Notes: generated from the letters alone by a model not told the origin. Positions 29,602-42,105 are shown, counted from the stretch's first letter. The stretch: 64,000 nucleotides of DNA from Candidatus Sulfomarinibacteraceae bacterium (GCA_963796455.1 CAWCLO010000010.1:512001-576000), one strand, 5' to 3'. Numbers and translations: made by a program.

Positions 29602-30105
29602 GTGAAAGTGTGGGTAGCCGTTCTCGTCGTCTTGACGCTGATGGGTCAACGAATCCTCGGTTCGCCGGGCCTCCCCGCCTGGGTGTCCGAGATCAATCTG
29701 GTTTCGGTGTGGATCGTTGCTCTGTCCCTGCTCTCGGATCACCGGCGGTGGCCTTATGAGGCCGTCATTCTGGGGCTGCTCTGGGATCTCGTTCTCGATC
29801 AACCAGTCATCGGACCGGGCGGCATCGCCTGGAGTGCGGCAGCTCTTGCCCTGTTTGCCCTCGCGGGAGTAGTTGCCGATCGCTCACCGACGGCATGGGC
29901 CGGTTTTGGGGCATTGGTCGCTCCGGCCGTCGCGTTGGTGCACTACCTCACCCTGCTTCCCCTCGGTATCGAGCCCTCCATGACCCCTCTGCATCTCCTC
30001 CGCACGGCGATCTTTTCCGGTCTATGGTGTGGAATCATAGGGTTTGTTCTCGCGATCGACCTTCCAAAACACCTCCGGACCATACGGGTCCGGAAACTCC
30101 GGTGA
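29602..30105 (+). CDS. mreD: Rod shape-determining protein MreD
   Basis: Hydrophobic, GLLWD motif; lies between mreC and mrdA. Confidence 0.75.
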   Translation: MKVWVAVLVVLTLMGQRILGSPGLPAWVSEINLVSVWIVALSLLSDHRRWPYEAVILGLLWDLVLDQPVIGPGGIAWSAAALALFALAGVVADRSPTAWAGFGALVAPAVALVHYLTLLPLGIEPSMTPLHLLRTAIFSGLWCGIIGFVLAIDLPKHLRTIRVRKLR

Positions 30106-30109
30106 TCAG

Positions 30110-31927
30110 ATGGAATTACGCGAAGACATCGGCCCCCTCCGCAGCCGCGCGATCGTGCTCTTCGTGTTGTTCTTTGGCGCACTCGGAGTCCTTCATCTCC
30201 GGCTTGTCGATCTCCAACTCGTGCACGGTGCCGAGTGGAGGAATCTTGCCGAAAACAATCGAATGCGCAGGGTCCCGCTGCCCGGCCCGCGCGGTTGGAT
30301 CTATGACCGCCGGGGGCGGGTGGTCGCGGAGAATCGACCTTCATGGGAACTTCTTCTCTTCCCCGACGAGGCTCGTGATGTGGATCGGACCGGCGTCTTC
30401 CTTGCTCAAAAGGGGGTCACGGATGTCCAGACCTTTCATCAGTTGCTGGAAGAGCGCCGGATCGGGCGCATGGCGCCGCTGCTGGTTGGTGAAGACCTCA
30501 GCTGGAATCAGGTGGCGGCAATCCGCGCTCACCAGAGCGACTACCCGGAGCTTTCCGTGGTGTCGCGCTTTCGCCGGCACTATCCTTTTGCCGAACTGAC
30601 ATCCCATGTGGTCGGTCATTTGAAACCTGTGTCGCAGGCTGCGGTTGATTCGGATCCGTCCATCCAACCCGACTCGATGGTCGGGGCGACCGGCATCGAA
30701 GCCGCAGAAGATGGTTTTCTATCCGGAAGCAACGGCGAACGTTGGGTCATGGTTTCGGCGGTCGGCCTGCAAATCGGTGTTGTCGGAGAGGAACAACCGA
30801 CTCAGGGCCGGGATCTCGGAATCACTCTCGACATCGAGCTCCAGGGAGTCGCCGCTGAAGCGCTCGGAGAAGAAACCGGTGCGGTCGTGGCACTCGATCC
30901 CCGAAGCGGGGCGGTCCGGGTTCTCTACTCCTCGCCGAGTTTTGATCCAAAAGCCTTCGGCGGCCGCCTCAGCCGCTCGGACTGGCAGGATCTTCGCGAC
31001 GATCCGCTCCACCCGCTGCAAAACCGGCCCCTTCAGGGCGTGTACCCCCCGGGTTCGACGATCAAACCCTTCCTCGCGCTGGCCGGCCTCGCGGAGGGGC
31101 TCATCGACCCCTCGCTGACGGTCTACTGCAATGGGTCGGTGGTGCTCTACGGCCACCCCTATCGTTGTTGGCGCCGCGGCGGGCACGGCTTTGTCAACCT
31201 CAGCCGTTCCATCGCCGAGTCCTGCGATGTGTACTACTACACACTCGGTCAGAGGCTCGGGATTTCTGGCATGGCGGCGTGGCTGCACCGCTTCGGTTTT
31301 GGCGAACGCACCGGCCTCGACCGAAAATTCGAGGCGGCCGGTCTGGTCGGAACCCCGGAGTGGAGCCGGTCGGTCCGAAAGACTCCCTGGTATCCCGGCG
31401 AGGCGGTATCGGTTTCGATCGGCCAGGGACCGGTTCTGGCGACCGTCGTGCAACTCGCGCGAAGCTTCGCGATCCTGGCCAACGGCGGCCACGACCTCAG
31501 CCCGCACCTGATCTCGGGGCGCTCGACGGCGAGCGATGACGTCCTCGTCGATAGCAATCACCTGGCTATCGTGCAACGGGCGCTGGCCGAGGTCGTCCAC
31601 GGACCTGCCGGGACCGCCCGGCGACAGGGGGCGCTTCCGATGGCCGGTAAGACCGGCACGGCGCAGGTCGTGCGACTGCAGGAAGGGGTCGATTCCAAGG
31701 ATCTGCCGCGCGAGTTTCGCCATCATGCCTGGTTTGTCGGGTGGGCCCCGCTCGACGAACCGGCCCTGGTTGTATCGGTCGTCGTCGAACATGGCGGCGA
31801 CGGGTCTGCGGCCGCCGCGCCCGTGGCGAGCAAGGTGATCGAGGCCTTTCTGAATCAATCGAATTTGCCCAACGACCGCATTGCGCCCCGCCTGGTCGAG
31901 GCGAGCATCCGGCCCGAGGCCGGGTGA
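30110..31927 (+). CDS. mrdA: Penicillin-binding protein 2
   Basis: PGSTIK (SxxK), SCD at the SxN position, KTGTAQ. Confidence 0.94.
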   Translation: MELREDIGPLRSRAIVLFVLFFGALGVLHLRLVDLQLVHGAEWRNLAENNRMRRVPLPGPRGWIYDRRGRVVAENRPSWELLLFPDEARDVDRTGVFLAQKGVTDVQTFHQLLEERRIGRMAPLLVGEDLSWNQVAAIRAHQSDYPELSVVSRFRRHYPFAELTSHVVGHLKPVSQAAVDSDPSIQPDSMVGATGIEAAEDGFLSGSNGERWVMVSAVGLQIGVVGEEQPTQGRDLGITLDIELQGVAAEALGEETGAVVALDPRSGAVRVLYSSPSFDPKAFGGRLSRSDWQDLRDDPLHPLQNRPLQGVYPPGSTIKPFLALAGLAEGLIDPSLTVYCNGSVVLYGHPYRCWRRGGHGFVNLSRSIAESCDVYYYTLGQRLGISGMAAWLHRFGFGERTGLDRKFEAAGLVGTPEWSRSVRKTPWYPGEAVSVSIGQGPVLATVVQLARSFAILANGGHDLSPHLISGRSTASDDVLVDSNHLAIVQRALAEVVHGPAGTARRQGALPMAGKTGTAQVVRLQEGVDSKDLPREFRHHAWFVGWAPLDEPALVVSVVVEHGGDGSAAAAPVASKVIEAFLNQSNLPNDRIAPRLVEASIRPEAG

Positions 31928-31940
31928 TAGGCTGGGGCTC

Positions 31941-33017
31941 GTGGAACACCGCCTCGATCCTTGGATTCTCCTCGCCGTTGTCGGCATTCTGGGAGCTTCC
32001 TTGTCCACCCTCCACACCGTCTCCCGGTTGGTCGGTTCGAATCTGCTCCTTCGCCAGACCATCTGGGGTGCGGCCGGCCTGCTGGTTCTTCTTCTCATCT
32101 CGCGTATCCGTCTGGATCATCTGCAACGCTTGGCTCCCGCGCTTTATGTCATCGGCCTCCTGAGTCTGATCGCCGTCCTGGTTTTTGGTGTGGCGCGAGG
32201 CGGCAACCGTGCTTGGATAGCCATCGGCCCACTGACCATCCAACCGAGCGAGTTCGCTCGTCTGTCCACCATTCTGATGGCCGCTGCCTGGTTGGCCCGG
32301 CGCGGCGGACGTCAGCTCAAGGTCGGTGAGCTCCTCGCGGCGGTCGCGATCGTCGCCATACCAATGGTCTTGATCGCCGTCGAACCCGATCTCGGTGTTG
32401 TGTTCACCTACCTGCCGATTCTCGCCGGCCTCCTCTGGCTGGGAGGGTTGCCACGTCTGGCTTGGATAATGATCATCGTGCTTTTGGTTTTTGGAGCTCA
32501 TGCGACGTGGCGCTATGTCCTGAAGCCCTATCAACGAGAACGGATTCTGACCGTCGTGCAACCCGAGCGTGATCCTTTCGGTGCCGGTTACCAGGTCAGA
32601 CAATCGAAGATTGCCGTCGGATCGGGCCGCATCGTTGGCCAGGGCCTCGGCCAGGGCAGTCAATCACAACTCCGTTTCCTGCCGGCACAGCACACCGATT
32701 TCGCCTTTGCGGTCTGGGCCGAGGCGACCGGTTTTCTCGGCACCACGATCCTGCTGCTGGCATACGCGCTTCTCATCGTTCGAGTCGGCGTCATCGCGCT
32801 AACTTCCGACAGTCGGCACGGGCTGGCGTTGGCCGCGCTCATCGGCTTTTGGTTGGTGTTTCAGGTCGTGGTCAATCTCGGAATGGTGCTTGGTTGGCTG
32901 CCAACCACCGGAGTCACCTTGCCTCTCTTTTCATATGGCGGATCGTCTCTGATCACCACCTGTGCCGCGCTCGGCGTGGTCCAGTCGGTGTGGCGGCACC
33001 GATTGGTGAATCAGTAA
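31941..33017 (+). CDS. rodA: Rod shape-determining protein RodA
   Basis: IQPSEF, EPDLG, GYQVRQSKIAVGSG, HTDFAF, SYGGSS; start approximate. Confidence 0.92.
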   Translation: MEHRLDPWILLAVVGILGASLSTLHTVSRLVGSNLLLRQTIWGAAGLLVLLLISRIRLDHLQRLAPALYVIGLLSLIAVLVFGVARGGNRAWIAIGPLTIQPSEFARLSTILMAAAWLARRGGRQLKVGELLAAVAIVAIPMVLIAVEPDLGVVFTYLPILAGLLWLGGLPRLAWIMIIVLLVFGAHATWRYVLKPYQRERILTVVQPERDPFGAGYQVRQSKIAVGSGRIVGQGLGQGSQSQLRFLPAQHTDFAFAVWAEATGFLGTTILLLAYALLIVRVGVIALTSDSRHGLALAALIGFWLVFQVVVNLGMVLGWLPTTGVTLPLFSYGGSSLITTCAALGVVQSVWRHRLVNQ

Positions 33018-34504
33018 TGAGCTCGGTGCTCTTTCTCTCCGTCAACCCGTTCGAGACCCGAGTCGCTCTCACGGAGAACTCCCGCCTGGTGTCATTTCGC
33101 GCCGAACGACACCGCGCATCTTCGGTGGTGGGAAACATTTACAAGGGGCGCGTCAATCGTGTGCTGCCCGGTATGCAGGCCGCCTTTGTCGATGTCGGCC
33201 TCCACCGCAACGCCTTCTTGTATGTTCGCGAGGCGGGTGGGATTCTCGACGACTTCACCGACATGTTCATGGGCGACGAGGCGGACGCGCTGCAACCCGA
33301 TGCCGCCAACTCGGACATCTCTGACCTTTTGAGCCAGGGGCAGGAGATCCTGGTCCAGGTCGTCAAAGATCCCATCGGCACCAAAGGCGCCCGGCTGACG
33401 ACCCACGTCAGCCTGCCCGGGCGGTTTCTGGTCTATCTCCCAAATGTGCGGCAGCTCGGTGTCTCGAGGCGAATCACCGATGAGACGGAGCGGACCCGCC
33501 TCAAAGAGATCGTCGAGCAATTTGACGATCCGGGTGGTTGGATCGTGCGTACTGCCGGTGAGGAACAACACGCTGCCGAACTCGAAGCGGATCGGCAATA
33601 CCTGTTGCAGTTGTCGCAACGAATTCAATCCGTCGGCGACCGCTCTCGCGCTCCCGCCCTGGTCCACAGCGAGCTGAGCGCGGTCTTGAGGACCGTACGA
33701 GACCACTTCACTCAGGCCATTTCCGAGGTCTGGATCGATGACGACGAGAGCTTTCAGGAGGTTCTCGACTTTCTCGAGCAATCCGACCCGCAACTCGTAC
33801 CGAGGGTCCAGCTGTACCGGCAGACGAACGATATGCTGAGTTCATTCGGCATCGATCACGAGCTCGAGAAGGCCCTCCGGGCCAAGGTGTGGCTCAAGTC
33901 GGGTGGTTCTCTGGTCGTCAACCAGACCGAGGCCCTGGTGACGATCGATGTCAATACCGGTAAATTCGTGGGTTCGCAGTCTCTCGAAGAGACGGTCTTT
34001 GCCCTCAATCTCGAGGCCACAGTGGAGATCGTGCGCCAGCTCCGCCTCCGGGACCTCGGTGGCATCATCGTCATCGACTTCATCGACATGGAGGAGCCCG
34101 ACCACCGTCAGTCGGTCTACGACACCCTCGCCACCGAATTGGCCGGCGACCCGGCCCGAACGCAGCTCCTTCCGATGAGCGACATCGGTCTCGTGCAGTT
34201 GACCAGAAAACGGACCCGACCGAGCCTCGAACGCACCTTGAGCCGAGAGTGCCCCTATTGCCACGGTTCCGGTCGAATCAAGGCTCTGACCACCGTCTGC
34301 CTCGAAATTCGGCGTGATCTCCTGGCCCTGGCATCCAGCGACCTTGGCCAGCAGGTTTCTGTGACAGTTCACCCGGCGGTCTCGCACTACCTCCAGGGCC
34401 CCTTCCGAGAACTCATGCGTGAGCTTGAAGAGATCCATGGGCTGCAGGTCATCCTCTCGGAAAACCCGCTACTGCACGAAGAACAGTTCGAGATCTCCGA
34501 GTAA
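33017..34504 (+). CDS. rng: Ribonuclease G (Rne/Rng family)
   Basis: GNIYKGRV, PGMQAAFVD, IDVNTG, LRDLGGIIVIDFIDM. Confidence 0.92.
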   Translation: MSSVLFLSVNPFETRVALTENSRLVSFRAERHRASSVVGNIYKGRVNRVLPGMQAAFVDVGLHRNAFLYVREAGGILDDFTDMFMGDEADALQPDAANSDISDLLSQGQEILVQVVKDPIGTKGARLTTHVSLPGRFLVYLPNVRQLGVSRRITDETERTRLKEIVEQFDDPGGWIVRTAGEEQHAAELEADRQYLLQLSQRIQSVGDRSRAPALVHSELSAVLRTVRDHFTQAISEVWIDDDESFQEVLDFLEQSDPQLVPRVQLYRQTNDMLSSFGIDHELEKALRAKVWLKSGGSLVVNQTEALVTIDVNTGKFVGSQSLEETVFALNLEATVEIVRQLRLRDLGGIIVIDFIDMEEPDHRQSVYDTLATELAGDPARTQLLPMSDIGLVQLTRKRTRPSLERTLSRECPYCHGSGRIKALTTVCLEIRRDLLALASSDLGQQVSVTVHPAVSHYLQGPFRELMRELEEIHGLQVILSENPLLHEEQFEISE

Positions 34505-34517
34505 TTCGCTTCGCGAA

Positions 34518-35591
34518 TTACAGCGCTTCGTACAAGGTGCGGCGTTGCCGGGGTTCGTAACCCGCGCCCCGAATCGTGCGCTCCATATCACCCTGGGACA
34601 TCCGGAATTGTGCACCCGCCGCGGCGACGACATTTTCCTCGAGCATGATCGACCCGAGGTCGTCGGCCCCGAAAAACAGCGACAGCTGGCCCACCTTGGC
34701 GCCCTGTGTCACCCACGATCCCTGGACGTGATCGATGTTGTCGAAGACCAGACGTGAAATGGCGAGGGTTCGCAGATAGTCGAATCCTCCGGAGGTCTCG
34801 ACCTCACCCTCGAGGTCGGTGCTCTGGTCCTGGAAGGTCCACGGAATGAAGGCCGTGAAACCACCCGTCTCGTCCTGCAAATCGCGGACACCGAGGAAGT
34901 GGTCGATCCGCGCGGAGATCTCCTCGCCGACCCCGAACATCATGGTCGCGGTGGTTCGTAGTCCCAGCCCGTGGGCCTCTCGGTGGACCCCGAGCCATTG
35001 CTCGGTGGATGCCTTGGCGCGCGACAGGATGCGACGCCGGGTTTCGTCTTCGAGGATCTCGGCTCCGCCCCCGGGTATGGAGTCGAGCCCGGCCCCCATC
35101 AGGCGCTCGATGATTTCGCGAACGGGGCGCTTTTCCAACTTTGCCAGATACCATATCTCGGGCACCGAAAAGGCGTGCAGGTGGACCTGTGGAAAGTTCT
35201 GTTTGAGATCGCGCAAAAGGTTTTCGTAGTAATCGATCCGGAGCTTTGGATGCACGCCTCCCTGGAGCAGAATACCGGTGCCGCCGGAAGCCACCGTCTC
35301 GGCAACCTTGGCGGCGATTTCATCAAAGGGGAGGACATAGGCGTCATCATCGTTGACGGTTCGATAAAAGGCGCAGAAACGACAGCGATAGACACAGACG
35401 TTGGTGTAGTTGATGTTGCGGTCGATGATGTAGGTGGCAATCCGATCGGGGTTGATTCGCCGGCGCACCTGATCGGCCGCTTGGCCGATTTCGAGAAGAC
35501 CCGCGTCGTCGAAGAGATTCTGAATGTCGCCGCGGTCGAGGCGCTCGCCCGCAACGGCCTTGTCAAGGATAGAATCAACGGAAACAGACAT
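34518..35591 (-). CDS. mqnC: Cyclic dehypoxanthinyl futalosine synthase (radical SAM)
   Basis: NINYTNVCVYRCRFCAF, PGGGAEIL, FIPWTFQ, GADDLGSIMLEENV. Confidence 0.88.
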   Translation of the reverse strand: MSVSVDSILDKAVAGERLDRGDIQNLFDDAGLLEIGQAADQVRRRINPDRIATYIIDRNINYTNVCVYRCRFCAFYRTVNDDDAYVLPFDEIAAKVAETVASGGTGILLQGGVHPKLRIDYYENLLRDLKQNFPQVHLHAFSVPEIWYLAKLEKRPVREIIERLMGAGLDSIPGGGAEILEDETRRRILSRAKASTEQWLGVHREAHGLGLRTTATMMFGVGEEISARIDHFLGVRDLQDETGGFTAFIPWTFQDQSTDLEGEVETSGGFDYLRTLAISRLVFDNIDHVQGSWVTQGAKVGQLSLFFGADDLGSIMLEENVVAAAGAQFRMSQGDMERTIRGAGYEPRQRRTLYEAL

Positions 35592-35634
35592 CAATTTACC
35601 TAACAGCCCTCACGGCGACGTTCTTCCCGGAGGT

Positions 35635-35737
35635 GGCTATGGGGCTATGGGGCCATGGGGCGATGGCATGAACCGAGCGACCTCCTCACAGCCTCATAAC
35701 CAGGCCGGGTCAACGGCCGATCATCGCCTCATAGCCC
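35635..35737. repeat. GGCTATGG octamer array with inverted degenerate copies
   Basis: 4 units at 35635-35666; TCACAGCC TCATAACC and TCATCGCC TCATAGCC on the other side. Confidence 0.7.
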
Positions 35738-35743
35738 ATCTCG

Positions 35744-37105
35744 TCAGCCCTGCGACATGGCTTCCAAGAATTCGGCATTGCTTTCGCTCTTCGACAGCCG
35801 CTCCAACAAAAGCTCCATTGCTTCGACGCTCGACAGCGAAGACAGGACCTTGCGCAACACCCAGATGCGCCGGAGTTCCCATTCGTCAATCAAGAGCTCT
35901 TCCTTGCGGGTGCCGGATTTGTGGATATCGATCGACGGGAAGACCCGACGCTCGACCAACTTGCGGTCGAGGTGGACCTCCATGTTGCCGGTGCCCTTGA
36001 ACTCCTCGAAGATCACGTCATCCATCCGCGAGCCGGTGTCGATCAGGGCGGTGCCGACGATGGTCAGACTGCCCCCCTCTTCGATATTGCGCGCCGCACC
36101 AAAGAAGCGCTTGGGTTTCTGCAGCGCGTTGGAGTCGACACCACCGGACAGAACCTTGCCCGACGGGGGCACAACAGTGTTGTAGGCGCGCGCCAGACGA
36201 GTGATGGAGTCGAGCAGGATGACAACGTCACGTTTGTGTTCGACCAGGCGCTTTGCCTTTTCGATCACCATTTCCGCCACCTGCACATGCCGGGTTGCGG
36301 GCTCGTCGAAGGTCGAAGAAATCACCTCGCCCGCCACCGATCGTTCCATGTCGGTGACTTCCTCCGGACGCTCGTCGATGAGCAGCACGATCAGGGTCAC
36401 TTCGGGATCGTTGGTGGTGATCGAGTTGGCGATCGCCTGCAGCATCATGGTCTTACCGGTTCGGGGCGGTGCCACGAGCAGCCCTCGTTGCCCTTTTCCG
36501 AGGGGGGTCACCAGATCCATAACCCGCGCGGTCATGCTTTCGGGCACCTCGAGCTTGAGCCATTCCTCTGGATAGAGCGGCGTCAGATTGTCGAAATGGA
36601 CCTTCTCCATCGCCACCTCGGGTGGCTCGAAGTTGATCGCCTCCACCTTGATCAGCGCAAAGTATCGTTCTCCCTCTTTTGGCGGTCTGATCTGACCGGA
36701 CACCGTGTCACCCGTATGGAGATTGAATCGTCTGATCTGCGACGGCGACACATAGATGTCGTCCGGACCCGGAAGATAGTTGTACTCCGGGGCACGCAGG
36801 AATCCAAAGCCCTCCGGCAGCACCTCGAGCACGCCTTCGCCGAAAATCAGGCCCTCGGCCTCGGTCTGGTGCTGCAGAATCGAGAAGATGAGGTCCTGGC
36901 GACGCATCCCGGCGGGGCTCTCCACCCCGAGGCCCTTGGCCGCCGAACTCAACTGATTGATGCTCATTTCTTTGAGCTGGTTGAGATCCAGGCGACCGTC
37001 GGGAATCGCTTCCTCCGCCGGTGGCTCGAGACCTTCAACATCTTCTTCGAGGTCGAGCGGAATCACCACCGCCTCGTCGCTATCCTTCTTTTTCTTGGTA
37101 ACCAT
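35744..37105 (-). CDS. rho: Transcription termination factor Rho
   Basis: [34 protein letters not shown]. Confidence 0.98.
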   Translation of the reverse strand: MVTKKKKDSDEAVVIPLDLEEDVEGLEPPAEEAIPDGRLDLNQLKEMSINQLSSAAKGLGVESPAGMRRQDLIFSILQHQTEAEGLIFGEGVLEVLPEGFGFLRAPEYNYLPGPDDIYVSPSQIRRFNLHTGDTVSGQIRPPKEGERYFALIKVEAINFEPPEVAMEKVHFDNLTPLYPEEWLKLEVPESMTARVMDLVTPLGKGQRGLLVAPPRTGKTMMLQAIANSITTNDPEVTLIVLLIDERPEEVTDMERSVAGEVISSTFDEPATRHVQVAEMVIEKAKRLVEHKRDVVILLDSITRLARAYNTVVPPSGKVLSGGVDSNALQKPKRFFGAARNIEEGGSLTIVGTALIDTGSRMDDVIFEEFKGTGNMEVHLDRKLVERRVFPSIDIHKSGTRKEELLIDEWELRRIWVLRKVLSSLSSVEAMELLLERLSKSESNAEFLEAMSQG

Positions 37106-37709
37106 CTTCCTCACTCCGTTGCTGTTCTCTCCAGCGACCCACGAGGTCGTCGATGTTATTCAATAGATCGCGCCGTCCCTCGCCCGTTCGGACACTCACC
37201 GCCATCGGCGGCACGTGCAACCCGAGCTCACGCTGAACCCGTTGTTGCATCTGAGCGCGATGTCCTCGACCGACCTTGTCGGCCTTTGTCAGCACCACAA
37301 GCTGTCGCAGGCCCGTACCCGCCAACAACTCCTGCAGATCACGATCGCGGGCGGTCAGTCCGTGGCGAATATCAACCAGCGCCACGACCCCGGCGAGACG
37401 CTCTTCCGAGACGAGGTAGCGGCCGAGTTCCCGACCCCACTCGTCACGCAGCTCGCGTCCGACTTTGGCATAACCGTAACCGGGCAGATCCACCAGATAA
37501 AACGACGAGTTGATCAGAAAAAAATTCAGCGTCCGCGTCTTACCCGGAGCCTTCGCGACCTTGGCCATGGACTGGCGAAAGAGCCAATTCAGGAGGCTGG
37601 ATTTACCGACGTTCGACCGTCCGGCGACGGCCACGTGAGGAAACCACTCTTTTGGCCGGTCCTGTTGCCGAAGAGCCGATCCGCGAAAACTTACCTCCGC
37701 GATTTCCAA
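37080..37709 (-). CDS. yihA: Ribosome biogenesis GTPase YihA/EngB
   Basis: [19 protein letters not shown]. Confidence 0.92.
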   Translation of the reverse strand: MEIAEVSFRGSALRQQDRPKEWFPHVAVAGRSNVGKSSLLNWLFRQSMAKVAKAPGKTRTLNFFLINSSFYLVDLPGYGYAKVGRELRDEWGRELGRYLVSEERLAGVVALVDIRHGLTARDRDLQELLAGTGLRQLVVLTKADKVGRGHRAQMQQRVQRELGLHVPPMAVSVRTGEGRRDLLNNIDDLVGRWREQQRSEEDGYQEKEG

Positions 37710-37710
37710 A

Positions 37711-40110
37711 TCAATGAGCCACCGGTGACGAGTCCGCGCCCGTCCCAGCGTCGCCTGTGGCGGCGGCGACATCCGGATCCACACTCGCGACCAGCGTCTT
37801 GGCCAACACCTCGTCCATGTGTTTGACGAAGTGAAAGGTCATTTCCTCACGAACATCCTCGAGGATGTCTTCGAGATCCTTCTCGTTCTCATCCGGCATC
37901 ACAATCTCGCGGATACCCGCGCGATAGGCTGCCAGGACTTTTTCTTTCAGACCGCCGATCGGCAGAACGTGTCCGCGCAAGGTGATCTCGCCGGTCATGG
38001 CCACATCGACCCGCACCGGCGTTTTGGTGAAGGCCGACACCAGGGCCGTTGCAATGGTGATGCCCGCCGACGGCCCGTCCTTGGGGATCGCGCCCTCGGG
38101 AACGTGGACATGGACATCTGTCTTTTCGAAGACCTCGGTATCAATGCCGAGGATCTCCGCCCTCGAGCGAACAAAGGACAGGGCGGCGCGGGCTGACTCC
38201 TGCATCACATCGCCGAGCTGGCCGGTGAGAGTGAGCTGACCCTTGCCCCGCATCAAAGTCGTTTCGGTGAGCATGATCTCACCACCGACCTGGGTCCACG
38301 CCAGCCCCGCCGCAGCGCCGATCTCGGGTTGTTGCTCACGTCGCTGGGTACGGTACCTGGGTTTGCCGAGAAGCTCACCGAGTTTGTCCGTGTCGATCAC
38401 GATCTCGGTGGCCTTCTTGATCTTGTCCTTGAGGATAGTCCGCGCCACCTTACGACAAACCGAAGCGATTTCCCGCTCGAGATTCCGAACCCCGGCCTCC
38501 CGCGTGTAGCGCTCGATCAAAAGCATCAAGGCTTCGTCACCAAAATCGATCGAGTACTTCTTGAGGCCGTGTTTTTCGATCTGTCGTGGCAACAGAAAAT
38601 GCCGCCCGATCTCTTTTTTCTCCTGGTGGGTGTAGCCCGAAAGTTGGATGACCTCCATCCGGTCGAGAAGCGCCGGCGGAATCGAGTGAGTGACATTTGC
38701 GGTGCAGATGAAGAAGACCTTCGAAAGATCGTATTCGACATCGAGATAATGATCGTGGAAGGTGTGGTTCTGCTCGGGGTCGAGGACTTCGAGCAGGGCG
38801 CCCGCGGGATCACCACGGAAGTCGGCGGCCATCTTGTCGACCTCGTCGAGCAACAGCACCGGATTGACCGTCTCACCCTTGCGCATCATCTGGATGATCT
38901 GGCCGGGGAAGGCCCCGATATAGGTGCGCCGATGGCCGCGGATTTCAGCCTCGTCTCGGACGCCGCCGAGAGAGAGTCGAACGAAGTTGCGACCGGTGGC
39001 TCGTGCGATCGATCGGGCAAGCGAGGTCTTGCCGGTGCCCGGGGGCCCGACAAAACACAGGATCGTGCCCGTGGTCTTGCGGACGAGTTGGCGGACCGCC
39101 AGAAACTCGACGATCCGATCCTTGATCTTTTCCAGACCATAGTGGTCATCGTTGAGGACCTTCTCGGCTCGGGTGATATCTCGAATTTCGCGCGAGGCCT
39201 TGGACCACGGGACCGCCAACAGCCAGTCGACGTAATTCCGTGAAACGCCGGCTTCGGCCGATACCGGCGGCATGCCCTCGAGGCGACGGATCTCGATCTC
39301 GGCCTTTTCCTTCGCTTCCTCGGTCATACCGGATTCTTCGATTTTCGCCTTGAGCTCCTCGAGCTCCTCGGTGTTGTCGTTTCGTCCAAGTTCTTCGTTG
39401 ATCGCCTTGATCTTTTCGGAAAGGTAGTACTCGCGCTGAGCCTTCTCCATCTGCTTTTTGACCCTCGAAGAGATCCGGCGGTCGATATTGAGCTTTTCGA
39501 TCTCCATGTCGAGGAGATCGTTGAGCCGCTGCAGCCTTTCGACCGGGTTGAAAATCTCGAGCAGTCGCTGTTTCTCGGCGGTCGGCTGCGACAGGTGGGC
39601 GGCCAGAATATCGGCAAACTGGTCCGGGTCGTCGGTCTGCAGTGACGCCAGGACGCCCTCGGCCGAGAGGTGGTGGGAAAGTTTGGCGTACTCCTTGAAG
39701 AGCTCCACAAGTTGCTGCATATAGTCATCGATCGTCTCGTCGACGGGCGCCTCGACCCGAATCTTTTCGACGTGGGCGATCAGGCATCCGTCGGCATCTT
39801 CCATCTCGACGAGACGCGCTCTGCTGAGGCCCTCCACCATGACCTTGATGTTGCCCGAGGCCAACTGAAGATGCTGCACGACCCGGGCGATGACACCGAG
39901 GGTGTGGATGTCTTCGGCGCCGGGCTCGTCGACCTTGGGGTCCTTCTGGGTGGCGAGAAAGATCTGCTTGTCAGCGCGATCGAGCGCCCGCTCCAGGGCA
40001 ACCACCGATGGCTGACGGCCCACCACAAACGGTGCCATCATATGGGGATAGACCACCATGTCCCGCAAGGGAACGGCAGGCAGCTGAACGAGTTTGTCTT
40101 GTGTCGTCAT
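37711..40110 (-). CDS. lon: Lon protease
   Basis: [23 protein letters not shown]. Confidence 0.97.
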   Translation of the reverse strand: MTTQDKLVQLPAVPLRDMVVYPHMMAPFVVGRQPSVVALERALDRADKQIFLATQKDPKVDEPGAEDIHTLGVIARVVQHLQLASGNIKVMVEGLSRARLVEMEDADGCLIAHVEKIRVEAPVDETIDDYMQQLVELFKEYAKLSHHLSAEGVLASLQTDDPDQFADILAAHLSQPTAEKQRLLEIFNPVERLQRLNDLLDMEIEKLNIDRRISSRVKKQMEKAQREYYLSEKIKAINEELGRNDNTEELEELKAKIEESGMTEEAKEKAEIEIRRLEGMPPVSAEAGVSRNYVDWLLAVPWSKASREIRDITRAEKVLNDDHYGLEKIKDRIVEFLAVRQLVRKTTGTILCFVGPPGTGKTSLARSIARATGRNFVRLSLGGVRDEAEIRGHRRTYIGAFPGQIIQMMRKGETVNPVLLLDEVDKMAADFRGDPAGALLEVLDPEQNHTFHDHYLDVEYDLSKVFFICTANVTHSIPPALLDRMEVIQLSGYTHQEKKEIGRHFLLPRQIEKHGLKKYSIDFGDEALMLLIERYTREAGVRNLEREIASVCRKVARTILKDKIKKATEIVIDTDKLGELLGKPRYRTQRREQQPEIGAAAGLAWTQVGGEIMLTETTLMRGKGQLTLTGQLGDVMQESARAALSFVRSRAEILGIDTEVFEKTDVHVHVPEGAIPKDGPSAGITIATALVSAFTKTPVRVDVAMTGEITLRGHVLPIGGLKEKVLAAYRAGIREIVMPDENEKDLEDILEDVREEMTFHFVKHMDEVLAKTLVASVDPDVAAATGDAGTGADSSPVAH

Positions 40111-40221
40111 GTGTGGGCTCTTTATCGGTGTGAGGGTGTTCTTTCGATTGGAGACCGATCGGATCGATCGACCTTATTATTCTAACCCGAAATCTTCATG
40201 TCGCGAATCACGAAAACCGGG

Positions 40222-41457
40222 TCAACTGACCTTTCGGACGACGGGCAGGGCCGGAACACGGCGCTCCACGATCTCCCGCGATATGACGAGTTCCTTGAGA
40301 TCCGGCAGGGAGGGAATCTGATACATGATTTCGAGCATCAGCTCCTCGAGGATGATACGGAGCCCGCGCGCCCCGACCTTGCGGCTGATCGCCTCAGTGG
40401 CCACCGCATCCAGGGCGCCGGCGGTGAATTTCAGATCCACCCCCTCGAAACCGAGGACTGTCTGGTACTGACGCACGAGGCAATTGCGGGGCTCGGTGAG
40501 AATCCTGACCAGAGCCTCGTGGTCCAGTTCATGGAGGTTCGCGACCACCGGTATGCGGCCGACGAATTCCGGAATCATCCCGTATCTGATGAGATCTTCG
40601 GGGTGGACCTGCTCCAGCAGCTCCGCCGAACCCGGTTCATTGCCACCGAGATCAACTCCAAAACCGAGGCGCTTCTGATTCAGGCGGTCGGCAATGACCT
40701 CGTCGAGACCGACAAAGGCACCGCCGCAGATAAACAGGATATTGGTGGTGTCGATCTGCAGGAATTCCTGATGGGGGTGTTTTCGCCCACCCTGCGGCGG
40801 CACATTGGCGACCGTGCCCTCGAGAATCTTGAGCAGCGCCTGTTGCACACCCTCTCCGGAAACGTCGCGGGTGATCGAGGGATTCTCCGCCTTGCGGGCC
40901 ACTTTGTCGATTTCGTCGACATAGACGATGCCTCGTTCCGCGGCTTCGCGATCGCCGCCGGCCGCCTGGTACAGCCGGAGCAGGATATTTTCGACATCCT
41001 CACCCACATAACCGGCTTCGGTCAGTGTCGTGGCATCGACGATAGTGAACGGCACCTGGAGTTGCCGGGCAAGAGTCTGCGCGAGCAGGGTCTTTCCGGT
41101 TCCGGTGGGACCGATCAGCAGAATGTTGGATTTGGCGAGCTCCACCTCGTTGTGACCGCGCGCCGATTGGTACTCGATGCGGCGGTAATGGTTGTAGACG
41201 GCAACCGAGAGTTTCTTCTTCGCCGCCTCCTGGCCGATCACATACTCTTCGAGGTGGTTCTTGATTTCGTGCGGTTTTGGAAGGATTTGGTCGCGCGTTT
41301 TGGCTTCGTGAACGCGGTCCTCGGCAATGATGTCGAGGCAGACCTCAACGCACTCGTTACAGATGTACACCGTCGGTCCGGCGATCAGCTTGCGCACCTC
41401 ATGCTGGCTTTTGCCACAGAAACTGCACCGCAGCATGTCACCATCGCGTTGGGACAT
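40222..41457 (-). CDS. clpX: ATP-dependent Clp protease ATP-binding subunit ClpX
   Basis: CSFCGK zinc finger, [18 protein letters not shown]. Confidence 0.97.
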   Translation of the reverse strand: MSQRDGDMLRCSFCGKSQHEVRKLIAGPTVYICNECVEVCLDIIAEDRVHEAKTRDQILPKPHEIKNHLEEYVIGQEAAKKKLSVAVYNHYRRIEYQSARGHNEVELAKSNILLIGPTGTGKTLLAQTLARQLQVPFTIVDATTLTEAGYVGEDVENILLRLYQAAGGDREAAERGIVYVDEIDKVARKAENPSITRDVSGEGVQQALLKILEGTVANVPPQGGRKHPHQEFLQIDTTNILFICGGAFVGLDEVIADRLNQKRLGFGVDLGGNEPGSAELLEQVHPEDLIRYGMIPEFVGRIPVVANLHELDHEALVRILTEPRNCLVRQYQTVLGFEGVDLKFTAGALDAVATEAISRKVGARGLRIILEELMLEIMYQIPSLPDLKELVISREIVERRVPALPVVRKVS

Positions 41458-41517
41458 CAGATCCTCCAAGGAGCATTGTATAACAAATGACTTCGATGCA
41501 ACACGTTGCTCTGGGTC

Positions 41518-42105
41518 CTATTCTCTGGAAACAATGATTTTGTCGATCAAACCGTAGTCGAGCGCTGCATCGGCTTCGAGGATGAAGTCGCGCTCCGTAT
41601 CATCGTTGATCTTGCTGATTTCCTGACCGGTGTGCGCCGCGAAGATCTCATTGATCCGTTCGCGGAGTCGCATGATGTCTCTGGCGTGGATGTCGATATC
41701 GGAGGCCTGACCCTGGAGACCGTGCATCAATGGTTGGTGCAGGAGCACCCGGCTGTGAGGAAGCGAGAAGCGTTTGTTTTTTGCACCCCCCGCCAACAAA
41801 ACGGCCCCCATCGAAGCGGCCTGGCCCAACGCGATGGTGCAGACATCGGGTTTGACGTACTGCATCGTGTCGTAGATGGCCAGTCCGGCTGTGATGGACC
41901 CGCCGGGAGAGTTGATGTAAAGGAAGATGTCCTTTTCGGGCTTTTCCGCCTCGAGAAAGAGCATCTGGGCAATCACCAGGGATGCGACCTGGTCATCGAT
42001 CGCCGAACCCAGGAAAATCACATTGTCCTTGAGGAGCCGGGAATAGATGTCGTAGGCGCGCTCACCGCGACTGGTTTGCTCCACCACCATCGGGACCAAC
42101 ATCAC
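41518..42105 (-). CDS. clpP: Clp protease proteolytic subunit
   Basis: [23 protein letters not shown]. Confidence 0.97.
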   Translation of the reverse strand: MMLVPMVVEQTSRGERAYDIYSRLLKDNVIFLGSAIDDQVASLVIAQMLFLEAEKPEKDIFLYINSPGGSITAGLAIYDTMQYVKPDVCTIALGQAASMGAVLLAGGAKNKRFSLPHSRVLLHQPLMHGLQGQASDIDIHARDIMRLRERINEIFAAHTGQEISKINDDTERDFILEADAALDYGLIDKIIVSRE

